A DNA stretch of 63,921 bases, counting the filler. It is 7 parts of 7 records of this genome, joined end to end, with 100 filler letters (N's around TTAATTAATTAA, not from the genome) between each part and the next. Parts side by side here need not be neighbours in the genome. Positions count along the whole stretch, not along the records: positions 1 to 6,871 come from SRR31147125_3601; positions 6,972 to 14,868 come from SRR31147125_3604; 5 more parts are not named here. One strand, written 5' to 3'. A program made the translations under genes and the position numbers. The notes below the pieces were generated by a model that was not told where the DNA came from, ran no database searches, and saw only the letters and a program-made list of their open reading frames with translations. This document shows, piece by piece, positions 1 through 9,483 of the stretch. Numbering within the stretch: the first letter of the stretch is position 1; every line of letters starts with the position of its first letter.

Positions 1-996
1 AATTCCACCAAAAACACCACCAATACACATGGCTTCTTCGGTGTTGCAAATCATAAGGTCTTTTTCATCCAATTCGCGTTCAACTTCGTCTAAAGTTGTG
101 AATTTCGTTTTGGCAGGCAAGGTTTTTACAAGCACTTTATTGCCGGTAATTTCAGCAGCATCGAAAGCATGCAAAGGTTGCGCTGTTTCGAAAAGTACAT
201 AGTTGGTAATATCAACCACATTGTTGATTGGAGAAAGACCAATCATTTTCAGGCGGTTTTGCAACCACTCCGGCGAGTCTTTCACTTCAACACCCGAAAT
301 GGTAACACCTGCATATCGCGGACAAGCTTCCGGATTTTCAACTTCAACCGGAATTACCAGGTCGTTGTTATCAACTTTGAAATTGTCAACCGAAGGTTTT
401 GTATATTCTATGTCTTGTGTTTTTTTCAGGAAAGCTGCCAAATCGCGGGCTGCTCCAATGTGCGATGCTCCGTCAATACGGTTTGGAGTAAGGTCTATTT
501 CAATTACCCAGTCCGATTCAACATTAAAGAAGTCTTTGGCCGGAGTACCAACTTTTGCGTTTTCATCTAAAATCATAATGCCGTCGTGATCTGAGCCTAA
601 GCCAATTTCGTCTTCGGCGCAAATCATACCCATCGATACTTCACCACGGATTTTCGATTTTTTGATTTTAAATTCCTTATTGCCATCGTACAAAGTTGTT
701 CCAACGGTTGCAACAACCACTTTTTGTCTGGCTGCCACGTTTGGCGCGCCACAAACAATTGGCAATGCTTCGTCGGTTCCAACATTAACAGTTGTTTTGC
801 TTAAGTGGTCCGAATTTGGGTGAGCCTCGCAGGTTACCACTTCGCCAATAACCAATCCTTGTAAACCACCTTTAACGGTTTCAACTTCTTCTAACCCGCC
901 AACTTCAAGGCCGGTTTGTGTTAATATGTCGCAAATTTCTTCGGGCGACTGTTCCAGTTTAATGTAATCTTTTAACCAGTAATATGATATCTTCAT
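1..996 (-). CDS. pheT: Phenylalanine--tRNA ligase beta subunit, N-terminal part (runs off window start)
   Basis: Manual translation from the ATG at 996 gives MKISYYWLKDYIKLEQSPEEICDILTQTGLEVGG...HPNSDHLS...IVCGAPNVAA...KIRGEVSMGMICAEDEIGLG, the PheT N-terminus and OB-fold motifs. Not in the ORF track because it has no stop in the window. Confidence 0.96.
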   Translation of the reverse strand, partial: MKISYYWLKDYIKLEQSPEEICDILTQTGLEVGGLEEVETVKGGLQGLVIGEVVTCEAHPNSDHLSKTTVNVGTDEALPIVCGAPNVAARQKVVVATVGTTLYDGNKEFKIKKSKIRGEVSMGMICAEDEIGLGSDHDGIMILDENAKVGTPAKDFFNVESDWVIEIDLTPNRIDGASHIGAARDLAAFLKKTQDIEYTKPSVDNFKVDNNDLVIPVEVENPEACPRYAGVTISGVEVKDSPEWLQNRLKMIGLSPINNVVDITNYVLFETAQPLHAFDAAEITGNKVLVKTLPAKTKFTTLDEVERELDEKDLMICNTEEAMCIGGVFGGI

Positions 997-1135
997 CTCA
1001 CTAAAATTGTTTACTTAATATTGTGTTCGATGTAACTCCCGATGAAATTAAATACAACACTTTAAAAAATGTGGTTGATTAAATTTCATGCTCGTTTCAT
1101 CTCTCTATGATTTTTCTGTCAATTTTTGAATCGGA

Positions 1136-1143
1136 CAAAAGTA
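1136..1143 (-). promoter_or_regulatory. Bacteroidota -7 promoter box (TACTTTTG) for pheT
   Basis: Matches the TAnnTTTG consensus on the minus strand about 140 nt upstream of the pheT ATG. Confidence 0.55.
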
Positions 1144-1344
1144 AGGATTTTTCATTCAAAATAAGCGCTTTGACCTACTCAATTGAACAGGTTTAAAATT
1201 GAAGAAAGCTGGAATATTGTTTTTAACCTGTTTTGATTGGATTGCGAATGTTTATTTGTATGAAGTTTTAAAATATTTTATGGACACAAGTTTAAAATGT
1301 TTTTAAAGTTTGGTACTTTTATACTTTCAGTTAAAACAAATTTT

Positions 1345-1782
1345 ATGAAAATTGGAATAATTATTTGCGACCGTTACAAAAGCTGTGCAGGTGGAAAATG
1401 TTTCTGTGCCATGCAAAATCGCGAAGGAGCTTTTGATATTTACGACAAGGAAATGCCGTTGGAAATTGTGGGCTACACCAGTTGTGGCGGCTGCCCTGGC
1501 GGAAACATAGAATACACGCCCGAAGAAATGATAAAAAACGGTGCCGAAGCTATTCACCTGGCAACGGGGTTGGTTGTTGGTTATCCGCCTTGCCCGCGTA
1601 TTTCGCATTTCAAAAAGTTTATCGAGGAGAAATACAAAATTCCGGTGGTAATTGGCACGCACCCAATTCCTGAAAAGTATTTAACTACCCACACTAATTT
1701 GGGAACGTGGAATGCTGAAAAGTGGAAAGAAATTATTGCGCCGACCATGGCAAATAAAGAAATAAGGCTGGCATACAATTAA
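1345..1782 (+). CDS. CGGC domain protein (predicted metal/Fe-S binding)
   Basis: MKIGIIICDRYKSCAGGKC...GYTSCGGCPG...CP...VVIGTH. Start placed at ATG 1345. Confidence 0.88.
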   Translation: MKIGIIICDRYKSCAGGKCFCAMQNREGAFDIYDKEMPLEIVGYTSCGGCPGGNIEYTPEEMIKNGAEAIHLATGLVVGYPPCPRISHFKKFIEEKYKIPVVIGTHPIPEKYLTTHTNLGTWNAEKWKEIIAPTMANKEIRLAYN

Positions 1783-1792
1783 TAAAAATAGG

Positions 1793-2731
1793 ATGTATAA
1801 ATATTTATTTGGCCCGGTTCCTTCGCGGAGGCTGGGTATGTCGCTGGGTGTTGATTTGGTGCCTAAAATAGTTTGCTCGCTCGATTGTGTGTATTGCGAA
1901 GTGGGAAAGACCACAAAACTAACACTCGAAAGGCTGGAATATATTAAGCTTGAAAAAGTAAAAGCCGAACTTCAGAATTATTTCGCGAACAATCCGGATC
2001 CTGATTTTATTACGTTTTCGGGCTCGGGCGAACCAACTTTGAATCTGTATATTGGCGAAGTCCTTCAGTTTATAAAAGAAAATAAACCCAACATTCCGGT
2101 GGCGGTTTTAACCAACGGAACTTTGTTTTATAATAAAGAAGTGACAAATGCTTTGCTGGATGCCGATGTTGTACTTCCATCGTTGGATGCTGCAACTGAT
2201 GAGGTTTTTCGGAAAATTAACCGCCCGGCGGAAGATTTACCAATGGAAAAATACCTCGATGGACTGGTGAATTTTAGCAGGCAGTTTAAAGGGAAGATTT
2301 GGCTGGAAGTATTTATTCTGCCGGGTTACAACGATTCGGAAGAAGAATTGGCTGCACTAAAAAAAGCTATCCTGAAAATAAAACCTGATTCGGTTCAGCT
2401 AAATACGCTCGACCGCCCCGGAACAGAAAAAGGACTACGTGGTGCAACCCGCGAAGAGTTAGAAGGTATCGTTGATTTTTGGGGATTAGATAATGCTGAA
2501 ATTGTTGCCGCCGCACCCGACAGGAAAAATGTTCAATCGTACCGGAGTGATGCAGAAACAGCAATTTTAGAAACTATTTTGCGCAGACCCTGCACGCTCG
2601 ATGATTTGACAAAAATTTTAGGAATGCACGTAAATGAAGTGAATAAATATTTGGATGTTTTAGAGGCCGAAAATAAAATTGAAACAGTTGAAGAGGAGAG
2701 GGGCGTTTTTTATCAAGCTAAAGAAAAGTGA
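1793..2731 (+). CDS. Radical SAM protein (COG0731/TYW1-like family) with C-terminal winged helix
   Basis: N-terminal FGPVPSRRLGMSLGVDL, CSLDCVYC (CX3CX2C), ITFSGSGEPTL, LTNGTL. Confidence 0.9.
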   Translation: MYKYLFGPVPSRRLGMSLGVDLVPKIVCSLDCVYCEVGKTTKLTLERLEYIKLEKVKAELQNYFANNPDPDFITFSGSGEPTLNLYIGEVLQFIKENKPNIPVAVLTNGTLFYNKEVTNALLDADVVLPSLDAATDEVFRKINRPAEDLPMEKYLDGLVNFSRQFKGKIWLEVFILPGYNDSEEELAALKKAILKIKPDSVQLNTLDRPGTEKGLRGATREELEGIVDFWGLDNAEIVAAAPDRKNVQSYRSDAETAILETILRRPCTLDDLTKILGMHVNEVNKYLDVLEAENKIETVEEERGVFYQAKEK

Positions 2732-2732
2732 A

Positions 2733-3260
2733 ATGAAGATTCTGATGCGTTACTTTTTATTGATAATACTAATTGTTATGAGTACACAGATTGTTAAAAG
2801 CCAAGATGAAAGTGAATTTATTTATCATCCGATCGGTCATTTTCATACCGAATATTCGCAGCAAAACAGGGCGCCCCGACAGGGAAGTTTGAAGCCCGAA
2901 CAAAAGGCTACCATCGAAATTTTGCCGGAATACCGCGAGGCTTTAAAAGATTTGGATTCGAACAAATACATTATTGTTCTTTATCATTTAAATAAATCGA
3001 AAGGCTGGGATGTTATGGTTCATCCGGGTGGCATAAAAAGCAACAAAGCTTTGGGCATGTTTGCTACCCGCACTCCACGTCGGCCAAATCCAATAGGTTT
3101 TGGAGTAATTAAGCTCGATAAAATTGAAAATGGGATTATTTACGTTTCGGGAGTTGATGCTTTCGAAGGTACACCGGTGTTGGATATTAAACCTTTTGTG
3201 CCGGAGATTGATTGTCCGGGTGGAAAAAAAGGAAAAGTGAAGAATAAATTAGGACTGTGA
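2733..3260 (+). CDS. TsaA/TrmO (YaeB)-like SAM-binding protein with apparent N-terminal signal peptide
   Basis: HPIG, APRQG, GMFATRTPRRPNPIG and GVDAFEGTPVLDIKPF motifs. ATG lies 1 nt after the radical SAM stop. Confidence 0.85.
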   Translation: MKILMRYFLLIILIVMSTQIVKSQDESEFIYHPIGHFHTEYSQQNRAPRQGSLKPEQKATIEILPEYREALKDLDSNKYIIVLYHLNKSKGWDVMVHPGGIKSNKALGMFATRTPRRPNPIGFGVIKLDKIENGIIYVSGVDAFEGTPVLDIKPFVPEIDCPGGKKGKVKNKLGL

Positions 3261-3305
3261 AAGTATAATTCAATAAAACAAAAGTGAATTTTGTATATTT
3301 GAAGT

Positions 3306-3623
3306 ATGACAAAGGCTGATAAAATATTAGGGCAAATTAAAAGTATTGTTATTGAGGAAGAGCCTTCTGCAAAGATTTATATTTACGGATCGCGTGCCAG
3401 AGGTACTGCAAATGTTGAGTCTGACTGGGATTTGTTGATATTGTTGAATAAAGAAAATATTACAGAGGAAGATGAAGCCCGAATAACAGATCCGCTTTAT
3501 GATTTTGAGCTCGACTCTGGTGAAGTTATCAGCCCAATGATTTATTCTGAAAAAGAATGGAATTCGAAGTACAGAATAACATCTTTTTATCAGAATGTAA
3601 TGGAAGAAGGACGTTTGTTATGA
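3306..3623 (+). CDS. Minimal nucleotidyltransferase (MNT) antitoxin-like protein
   Basis: YGSRARGTANVESDWD fits GSX10DXD. A TATATTTG promoter box lies just upstream. Confidence 0.9.
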   Translation: MTKADKILGQIKSIVIEEEPSAKIYIYGSRARGTANVESDWDLLILLNKENITEEDEARITDPLYDFELDSGEVISPMIYSEKEWNSKYRITSFYQNVMEEGRLL

Positions 3624-4030
3624 GCGAACAAAAGCCCAATAAAGAAGAATATGCTGCATATCGTTTCCGACGTGCAAAAGAAACCATTAAAGAAATTCAG
3701 GTTTTAATTGATAATCGATTCTGGAATACGGCAATAAGTCGCATGTATTATTGTTGTTATTACGCTGTTTGTGCTTTGCATGCATTTGATGAAGTCAGGA
3801 CATCAACGCATTCTGGAGTTAAACAAAAATTTGGTCAGTTGTATGTAAAAACCGGAATTATTGATAGAAAATTTGGGAAGATATATTCTGATTTGTTTGA
3901 AAAAAGACATAAAGGTGATTATAACGATTTTTTCGATTACGATGAAGAAACAATAAATCGGTTTTACCCTGAAGTTGTTCTATTTGTTGAGCAAATTGAG
4001 AAAGTATTAAAAGAGAAAGGGAGTTTTTAG
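3620..4030 (+). CDS. HEPN domain protein (partner of the MNT)
   Basis: ATGA overlap with the MNT stop. AISRMYYCCYYA, STHSGV and RHKGDY (RX4Y) motifs. Confidence 0.88.
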   Translation: MSEQKPNKEEYAAYRFRRAKETIKEIQVLIDNRFWNTAISRMYYCCYYAVCALHAFDEVRTSTHSGVKQKFGQLYVKTGIIDRKFGKIYSDLFEKRHKGDYNDFFDYDEETINRFYPEVVLFVEQIEKVLKEKGSF

Positions 4031-4031
4031 A

Positions 4032-4547
4032 TTAAAATTCAATCCCTTCCCGGGCCTCAACGCCTTCCGTATAATAATGCTTCACTTCTTTCATTTCGGT
4101 AACCAAATCGGCTAACTCTATAATTTCTTTTGGGGCGTAACGGCCCGTTAAAATCAACTCTAACTTTTCGGGTTTATTTTTTATTATTTCAATTACTTCT
4201 TCGGCAGGAAATAGTTTGAAGAAAAGTGCAATAAAAATTTCATCGAGGATTATTAAATCATATTTATTTGAAAGGATTATTTTTTTCACTTCGGCTAGTC
4301 CAGTTTGGGCAGCCTGAATATCTTCAGTTGTTGGTTCGTGTTCGATAAAACAGCCCCGGCCAAATTGTTTCACTTCAACACCCGGCAAAAACTCACGAAC
4401 AGCTTTAATTTCGGCGTACATTTTGCCTTTTACAAATTGCGCAATAAATACCTTTTTCGAAGCTCCGGCTGCTCGTAAAGCTAGTCCAAACGACGCGGTT
4501 GTTTTACCTTTGCCGTTTCCGGTGTAAATGTGTACGTACCCTTTCAT
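4032..4547 (-). CDS. cobO: Cob(I)alamin adenosyltransferase, CobO/BtuR family
   Basis: YTGNGKGKTTASFGLALRAAG, QFVKG, ILDE, LTGRYAP, AREGIEF. Confidence 0.92.
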   Translation of the reverse strand: MKGYVHIYTGNGKGKTTASFGLALRAAGASKKVFIAQFVKGKMYAEIKAVREFLPGVEVKQFGRGCFIEHEPTTEDIQAAQTGLAEVKKIILSNKYDLIILDEIFIALFFKLFPAEEVIEIIKNKPEKLELILTGRYAPKEIIELADLVTEMKEVKHYYTEGVEAREGIEF

Positions 4548-4609
4548 TTCAAAAAGTTATTAGAAATCAAAGGTATTAATATTAGAAGTAAATAATTGGC
4601 TTATGTCTA

Positions 4610-5518
4610 TTATTCTTTGGTGCTTTGTTCTTCGCCCGACTGGTAAAAACGAGTAGTAGGGTATGCAAAACGAATATTTTTTTCGGCATTAAAAGCAGGT
4701 AGTATTTGTAGCCACAATTCATTTTCCGAGCCCCGGCGGCGGCGTGGATTACACAAATAGCGCACCGTTAAACGAACTCCAAATTCTTTAACCTCGGTAT
4801 AAACTATTGGGGTAAGGTGCCTGTAGTAAATCATGTAGTTTTTACTGGCTTCCAGAATTTCTTGTTTGGCCTTTACATGAATATCCTCAGAGTATTCATG
4901 TATTATTTTTTCTAATATCGATTTTGCCTTTTCCCAATCGCTTTCAAAAGTAATGTTCACTCTAATTTCGTTCCAAATGTATTCGAATCCCGAACTGTAA
5001 TTGGCTTGTGGTTGCAGGAAAACCTTTCCGTTTGGTAAGTGAATAATGCGGCCTGTACTTTGGTCGGCTTCAACCCAGTTTCCAATTTCGAGCATGGTAA
5101 ACTGAAACAGCCGGATGTCGATAATATCGCCGGTATGTTCGCCAACCTGAACACGGTCGCCAACGGCAAATGGTTTTCTGAAAAGGATAAAAAACCACCC
5201 GGCCAGATTTGTTAGCGGTTCTTTTAATGCAATGGCAATACCGGCAGTAAAAAGCCCCAAAAAAGTACCGAACTCTTCGAATGCTTTTATCCAAACGGCA
5301 CCAATAAGAAAAACGCCCAGAAACGGACCAATAAACGACATAGTACGTTTCCACTGGTACCTTACTTTTACGTTGTGAGTTTGCCGCCAAACCAGTCTGA
5401 GAATTAACAATCGGACAAGCGAAATAAACAGAATTATTACCACGGAGATGACAATTTTCGCCTGTGTTTCGTGGCTCAGTCCCGTATTTGTGGTAATAAA
5501 ATCGCTAATGTTGTTCAT
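4610..5518 (-). CDS. Small-conductance mechanosensitive channel (MscS family)
   Basis: Three N-terminal TM segments, then LTNLAGWFFILFRKPFAVGDRVQVG...GDIIDIRLFQF. Confidence 0.9.
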   Translation of the reverse strand: MNNISDFITTNTGLSHETQAKIVISVVIILFISLVRLLILRLVWRQTHNVKVRYQWKRTMSFIGPFLGVFLIGAVWIKAFEEFGTFLGLFTAGIAIALKEPLTNLAGWFFILFRKPFAVGDRVQVGEHTGDIIDIRLFQFTMLEIGNWVEADQSTGRIIHLPNGKVFLQPQANYSSGFEYIWNEIRVNITFESDWEKAKSILEKIIHEYSEDIHVKAKQEILEASKNYMIYYRHLTPIVYTEVKEFGVRLTVRYLCNPRRRRGSENELWLQILPAFNAEKNIRFAYPTTRFYQSGEEQSTKE

Positions 5519-5585
5519 GCTGCTAATTGTGTTACATTGTTTGAAAAATACAAATAATATTCAAGTTTTCAACCTGGCTGGCTTG

Positions 5586-6871
5586 TTATTCAATTGCTTT
5601 CTGGTTTTTCGAATGCACAAAAAGGATGCTTCCCATATCGTCGTAACCATCAAAAAGTTTTTCTTTTTCGTGTTTAATCATTTCTTCGCGAAGCCCAATT
5701 AAAGTTAAACCTGCTGTGCTCGATTTTTGATTGATAATTGATTTAGCCGAAATTTCTTTGGGTTGCAGAATGATGCTGATATTCTTCTCCGTAATAGGAA
5801 GTCGGCCCGAAAGTACCAGTTTTTTCAGTTCTGATTTGGTGGTGTCCATTTCATTTTCGTGGCACAGAGCGTGTATTTTAACCTCCGTTTTTTTCAATTC
5901 GGGATGGCTGATAAGAATAAAACTTAGTAAAATCATGAGGTTTGCATTCTCTGTATCTAAGGAGTTTATCCACAAATGAATGCCATTTTTCATGTTCATT
6001 TCTTTTTCGGAACTGGCCAAAATGCAAATATCAAAATCGCCACTGTTAACCAGCGAAAAGTTTTCGATTACTTTAGCCAGGTTAGCCTTGTTATTTTTTG
6101 CAAAATCGAAAATTACCATGTTGTTTTCCATTCCTGCAATTCCCGGAATTTGTATGGCCTGTGCAATTGCCGATGTGTACGATGGCGAAATTATGGTGTC
6201 GATATAAACGTAATTTTCAATTTTACGAGCTTCTTCGACCAACCTGTTTAGTCGTTTGTCGGCTTCAGCAACTGTTGCTTTCGAGTAATAGTCTTCAATT
6301 AAATAAAGGAAGGTTCCGAAACCATATTTGTATGAAATCCAGTTCAGTAAGGAAAATGCTTTGTTGTTGCTAACTGGTTGAGCTGAAATACTAATTGCAC
6401 TCGGCCGCCATTCTTTATGTTTTAATAGTTTTCGTCGTTTCTGAAGCAGAACCTGCAAATTGCGGTTGAGTTGAAATAAGGCATTGGCAAACAGGGCTGC
6501 AAAGTCTTTTCGGTACTTGTGGTAATGACTAACGTAAATATAAAGCAGTGTCATGCTTATTGCGGCAACAAGTGCGTAAAGTGTATTAATTTTAAACATT
6601 ACCCAAAGTGAAATTATAAATCCAACCAGCGAAATATACCAACGCGACCGAAATGTTGGACGGTACGATGGTGATGCTCCAAAATGGTTCAGAAACGAGA
6701 TGAGGCAAAGCGAACCGTAGGTAACCATAAAAAACATGGAAATGATTGATGCAACTGCATTTACGTTTCCGAGCGCAACAAAAACAAAAGCAATAACGGC
6801 TGTAACCAACGAGGCATTTTTAGGTTCGTTGTCGAGCGTATTTACCGACGCTAGCCAGTGGTTTAGTTTTT
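5586..6871 (-). CDS. APC-superfamily / cation-chloride cotransporter-like permease, C-terminal part (truncated by contig end)
   Basis: ASIISMFFMVTYG, PSYRPTF, WRP and a large cytoplasmic C-terminal domain of SLC12 type. Confidence 0.8.
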
Positions 6872-6971
6872 NNNNNNNNNNNNNNNNNNNNNNNNNNNNN
6901 NNNNNNNNNNNNNNNTTAATTAATTAANNNNNNNNNNNNNNNNNNNNNNNNNNNNNNNNNNNNNNNNNNNN
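6872..6971. other. Artificial contig spacer (N44-TTAATTAATTAA-N44)
   Basis: Six-frame stop linker flanked by Ns, repeated identically six times in the window. Confidence 0.99.
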
Positions 6972-7117
6972 ATGAAGACGATCCAGAAATACAAATCAAG
7001 ACCAACACGCCATTTTAGTTAATCTTAAAAACGTGTTGGATTAGTGAAATAACTGTTATGAACTTAAAAATTTGCGTTGCATGAAACAAAAAAAACTAAA
7101 TGATGAACTTACGATAA

Positions 7118-7600
7118 ATGAATGAATTCAAAGCAAACCTCGAAATCCTCGTTGGCAATCCTTTTGTTCATGTACCTCCTGATATATTAAACAATGTTTT
7201 CCAGCAGGCAAATAAATCGAAAGGAGCGATACCTGTAAGGGGAAAGATTAACGGGAAATACTACCAACAAACATTGGTGAAATATAGCGGTGACTGGCGG
7301 TTATACATCAATATGGAAATGCTGAAAAATTCACCTAAAAGAATTGGGGAAATTATTAATGTCGAAATAGAATTTGACCCAAGCGACAGGACGATCACAC
7401 CTCACCCAAAATTCATCAAAGCTCTCGCAGATAATAAAGAAGCAAATGATGTATTTGAAAAATTATCTCCATCGAAACAAAAAGAAATTGTTCGGTACAT
7501 CGCGAATTTAAAAACCGAAATAAGTGTGGAACGGAATATAAAAAGAGCCATAAACTTCCTTCTTGGAAAAGAAAGGTTTGTAGGAAGGGATAAACCGTAA
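7118..7600 (+). CDS. DUF1905 + YdeI/OmpD-associated domain protein
   Basis: IPVRGKING...YQQTLV N-terminal domain; FEKLSPSKQKEIVRYI C-terminal domain. Confidence 0.8.
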   Translation: MNEFKANLEILVGNPFVHVPPDILNNVFQQANKSKGAIPVRGKINGKYYQQTLVKYSGDWRLYINMEMLKNSPKRIGEIINVEIEFDPSDRTITPHPKFIKALADNKEANDVFEKLSPSKQKEIVRYIANLKTEISVERNIKRAINFLLGKERFVGRDKP

Positions 7601-7637
7601 AAAAAAATCATTTGTTAAAAATTTCTTAATTATTTGC

Positions 7638-7679
7638 GTAGCCAAATAACTACACTTATATTTGTAGTCAAATAACTAC
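7638..7679 (+). promoter_or_regulatory. Tandem ArsR operator overlapping the promoter
   Basis: GTAGCCAAATAACTAC (7638-7653) and GTAGTCAAATAACTAC (7664-7679), each a GTAG-N8-CTAC inverted repeat, flank a TATATTTG -7 box. Confidence 0.75.
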
Positions 7680-7682
7680 ATA

Positions 7683-7997
7683 ATGAATTTACGAAGAGAT
7701 GTATTCCAGGCTTTAGCTGACCCAACGCGCAGAAAGATACTTATCTTAATTGCCACGCAATCTATGACAGCCGGTTCAATAGCTGCTAACTTTGATACCG
7801 CCAGACCAACTGTTTCAAAACATTTGCAAATTTTAACTGAATGCGAATTACTAAAAAAAGAACAGAACGGCAGGGAAATTTATTACCATTTTAATCCTGT
7901 TAAAATGAAAGAAGTAGCAGATTTTATTGAACCTTTCAGAAAAATGTGGGACGATAAATTCAACAAACTCGAATCAATAATGAAGAAACACAAATAA
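7683..7997 (+). CDS. ArsR/SmtB family transcriptional regulator
   Basis: [15 protein letters not shown]...[11 protein letters not shown]...GREIYY. Confidence 0.93.
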   Translation: MNLRRDVFQALADPTRRKILILIATQSMTAGSIAANFDTARPTVSKHLQILTECELLKKEQNGREIYYHFNPVKMKEVADFIEPFRKMWDDKFNKLESIMKKHK

Positions 7998-8462
7998 ATG
8001 GAACAGAAAACAAAAATTCATGCAGAAGACAGCAAACAGGAATTATGGATCAACAGGAAATTTGATTTACCTGTAGATTTAGTTTATAAAGCATATGAAG
8101 ACCCAAACATTTTTGAACAATGGATGGACACCAAAATTATAAAGTACGAATGGAAAAAACATGGCGTGTTTCAATTTGCCACATCACATAATGGTAAGGT
8201 TGTTTTTGGTGCAAATGGGGTATTTCTCGAATTAGAAAAAAATAAAACCCTAACCCGAACTTTTGAAATGGAAAACAGTGATTTCCCTGTTCAACTGGAG
8301 TTTCTGGACTTTAAGAACCTCTCTGAAAACATAAGTGAACTCACCATGCACATAGTGTTTAAGTCTTCTGAATATAGAAACCAATTAATGAAATTGCCAT
8401 TTGAATTTGGCCTCAATATGGCACATAACCGGCTTCAACAAATAGCAAGCAAACTAAAATAA
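7998..8462 (+). CDS. SRPBCC/AHSA1 domain protein
   Basis: INRKFDLPVDLVYKAYEDP...QW motif, directly after an ArsR gene. Confidence 0.85.
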   Translation: MEQKTKIHAEDSKQELWINRKFDLPVDLVYKAYEDPNIFEQWMDTKIIKYEWKKHGVFQFATSHNGKVVFGANGVFLELEKNKTLTRTFEMENSDFPVQLEFLDFKNLSENISELTMHIVFKSSEYRNQLMKLPFEFGLNMAHNRLQQIASKLK

Positions 8463-8468
8463 AAGATC

Positions 8469-8840
8469 ATGAAAAAAAGAGACAAAATTATTTACTGGGT
8501 TGCAACCATTTGGCTTGCATTAGGAATGGTTTCTACAGGAATTGTTCAATTAATAAAAATGGAAGAAGAAATAAATAATTTTAAAAATTTAGGTTACCCA
8601 GCCTATTTGATGTCCATTCTTGGTGTGTGGAAGATATTGGGGGTAATTGCTATTCTTTTGCCTAAATTTTCATTGCTAAAGGAATGGGCATATGCCGGAT
8701 TTTTCTTTATTATGTCAGGTGCCATATTTTCCCATATAATTATCAGCGATGGAGCTTCAACACTTTTTGGCCCAATTTTGTTATTAGTGCTAACTGTAGT
8801 TTCCTGGTATTTTAGACCAGCCAGTAAAAAACTATCGTAA
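8469..8840 (+). CDS. DoxX-like membrane protein
   Basis: LGYPAYLMSILGVWKILG...LKEWAYAGFFF...SGAIFSH. Confidence 0.88.
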   Translation: MKKRDKIIYWVATIWLALGMVSTGIVQLIKMEEEINNFKNLGYPAYLMSILGVWKILGVIAILLPKFSLLKEWAYAGFFFIMSGAIFSHIIISDGASTLFGPILLLVLTVVSWYFRPASKKLS

Positions 8841-8853
8841 ATAAAATTTCATA

Positions 8854-9483
8854 ATGAATCCAAAAGTTGACAAATACCTTATTGACGGATGCATGCGGTG
8901 TAAATTTGGAGGCACACCGGAGTGCAAGGTACATAGCTGGCAGGTGGAGTTGGAAGAACTACGCAGGATTGTTCTTGAATGCGATTTAACAGAAGAATTG
9001 AAATGGGGAGTGCCGTGCTACACCTATCAAAACAAGAACATTATTAATGTTAGTGCATTTAAAGACTGGGCTGCAATAAGTTTTTTCAAAGGGGTTTTGC
9101 TGACCGATCCGGAGAATATTCTTGTAAAACCGGGAGAAAACTCGCAATCGGGCCGATATATGAAATTTACCAGCGTGGAGGAAATTAAAAAATCTGAATC
9201 GATTATTAAAACGTACATCTCAGAAGCCATAGAGGCAGAAAAAGCAGGTTTGAAGGTAATATTTAAGAAGAATCCCGAGCCCATGCCAGAAGAATTAGAA
9301 TCAAGGCTGGAAGAAGATCCCATCTTAAAATCTGCTTTTGAATCTTTAACACCGGGCAGACAACGGGGATATATCCTCTATTTTTCTCAACCAAAGAAAT
9401 CGGAAACCCGCAAAGCAAGAATTGAAAAATATGCTGGCAAAATCCTGAACGGTGAGGGGTTGCATGATAAGTACAAATGCTAA
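8854..9483 (+). CDS. YdeI family protein (DUF1801 + OmpD-associated domain)
   Basis: LTEELKWGVPCY, FFKGVLL, AFESLTPGRQRGY. Confidence 0.88.
   Translation: MNPKVDKYLIDGCMRCKFGGTPECKVHSWQVELEELRRIVLECDLTEELKWGVPCYTYQNKNIINVSAFKDWAAISFFKGVLLTDPENILVKPGENSQSGRYMKFTSVEEIKKSESIIKTYISEAIEAEKAGLKVIFKKNPEPMPEELESRLEEDPILKSAFESLTPGRQRGYILYFSQPKKSETRKARIEKYAGKILNGEGLHDKYKC

Noticed and set aside
169-589. Plus-strand ORFs 169-570 and 203-589, and the many other short antisense ORFs in the track
   Set aside because: They are shadows of well-supported genes on the opposite strand or in another frame (here pheT) and have no motifs or RBS.
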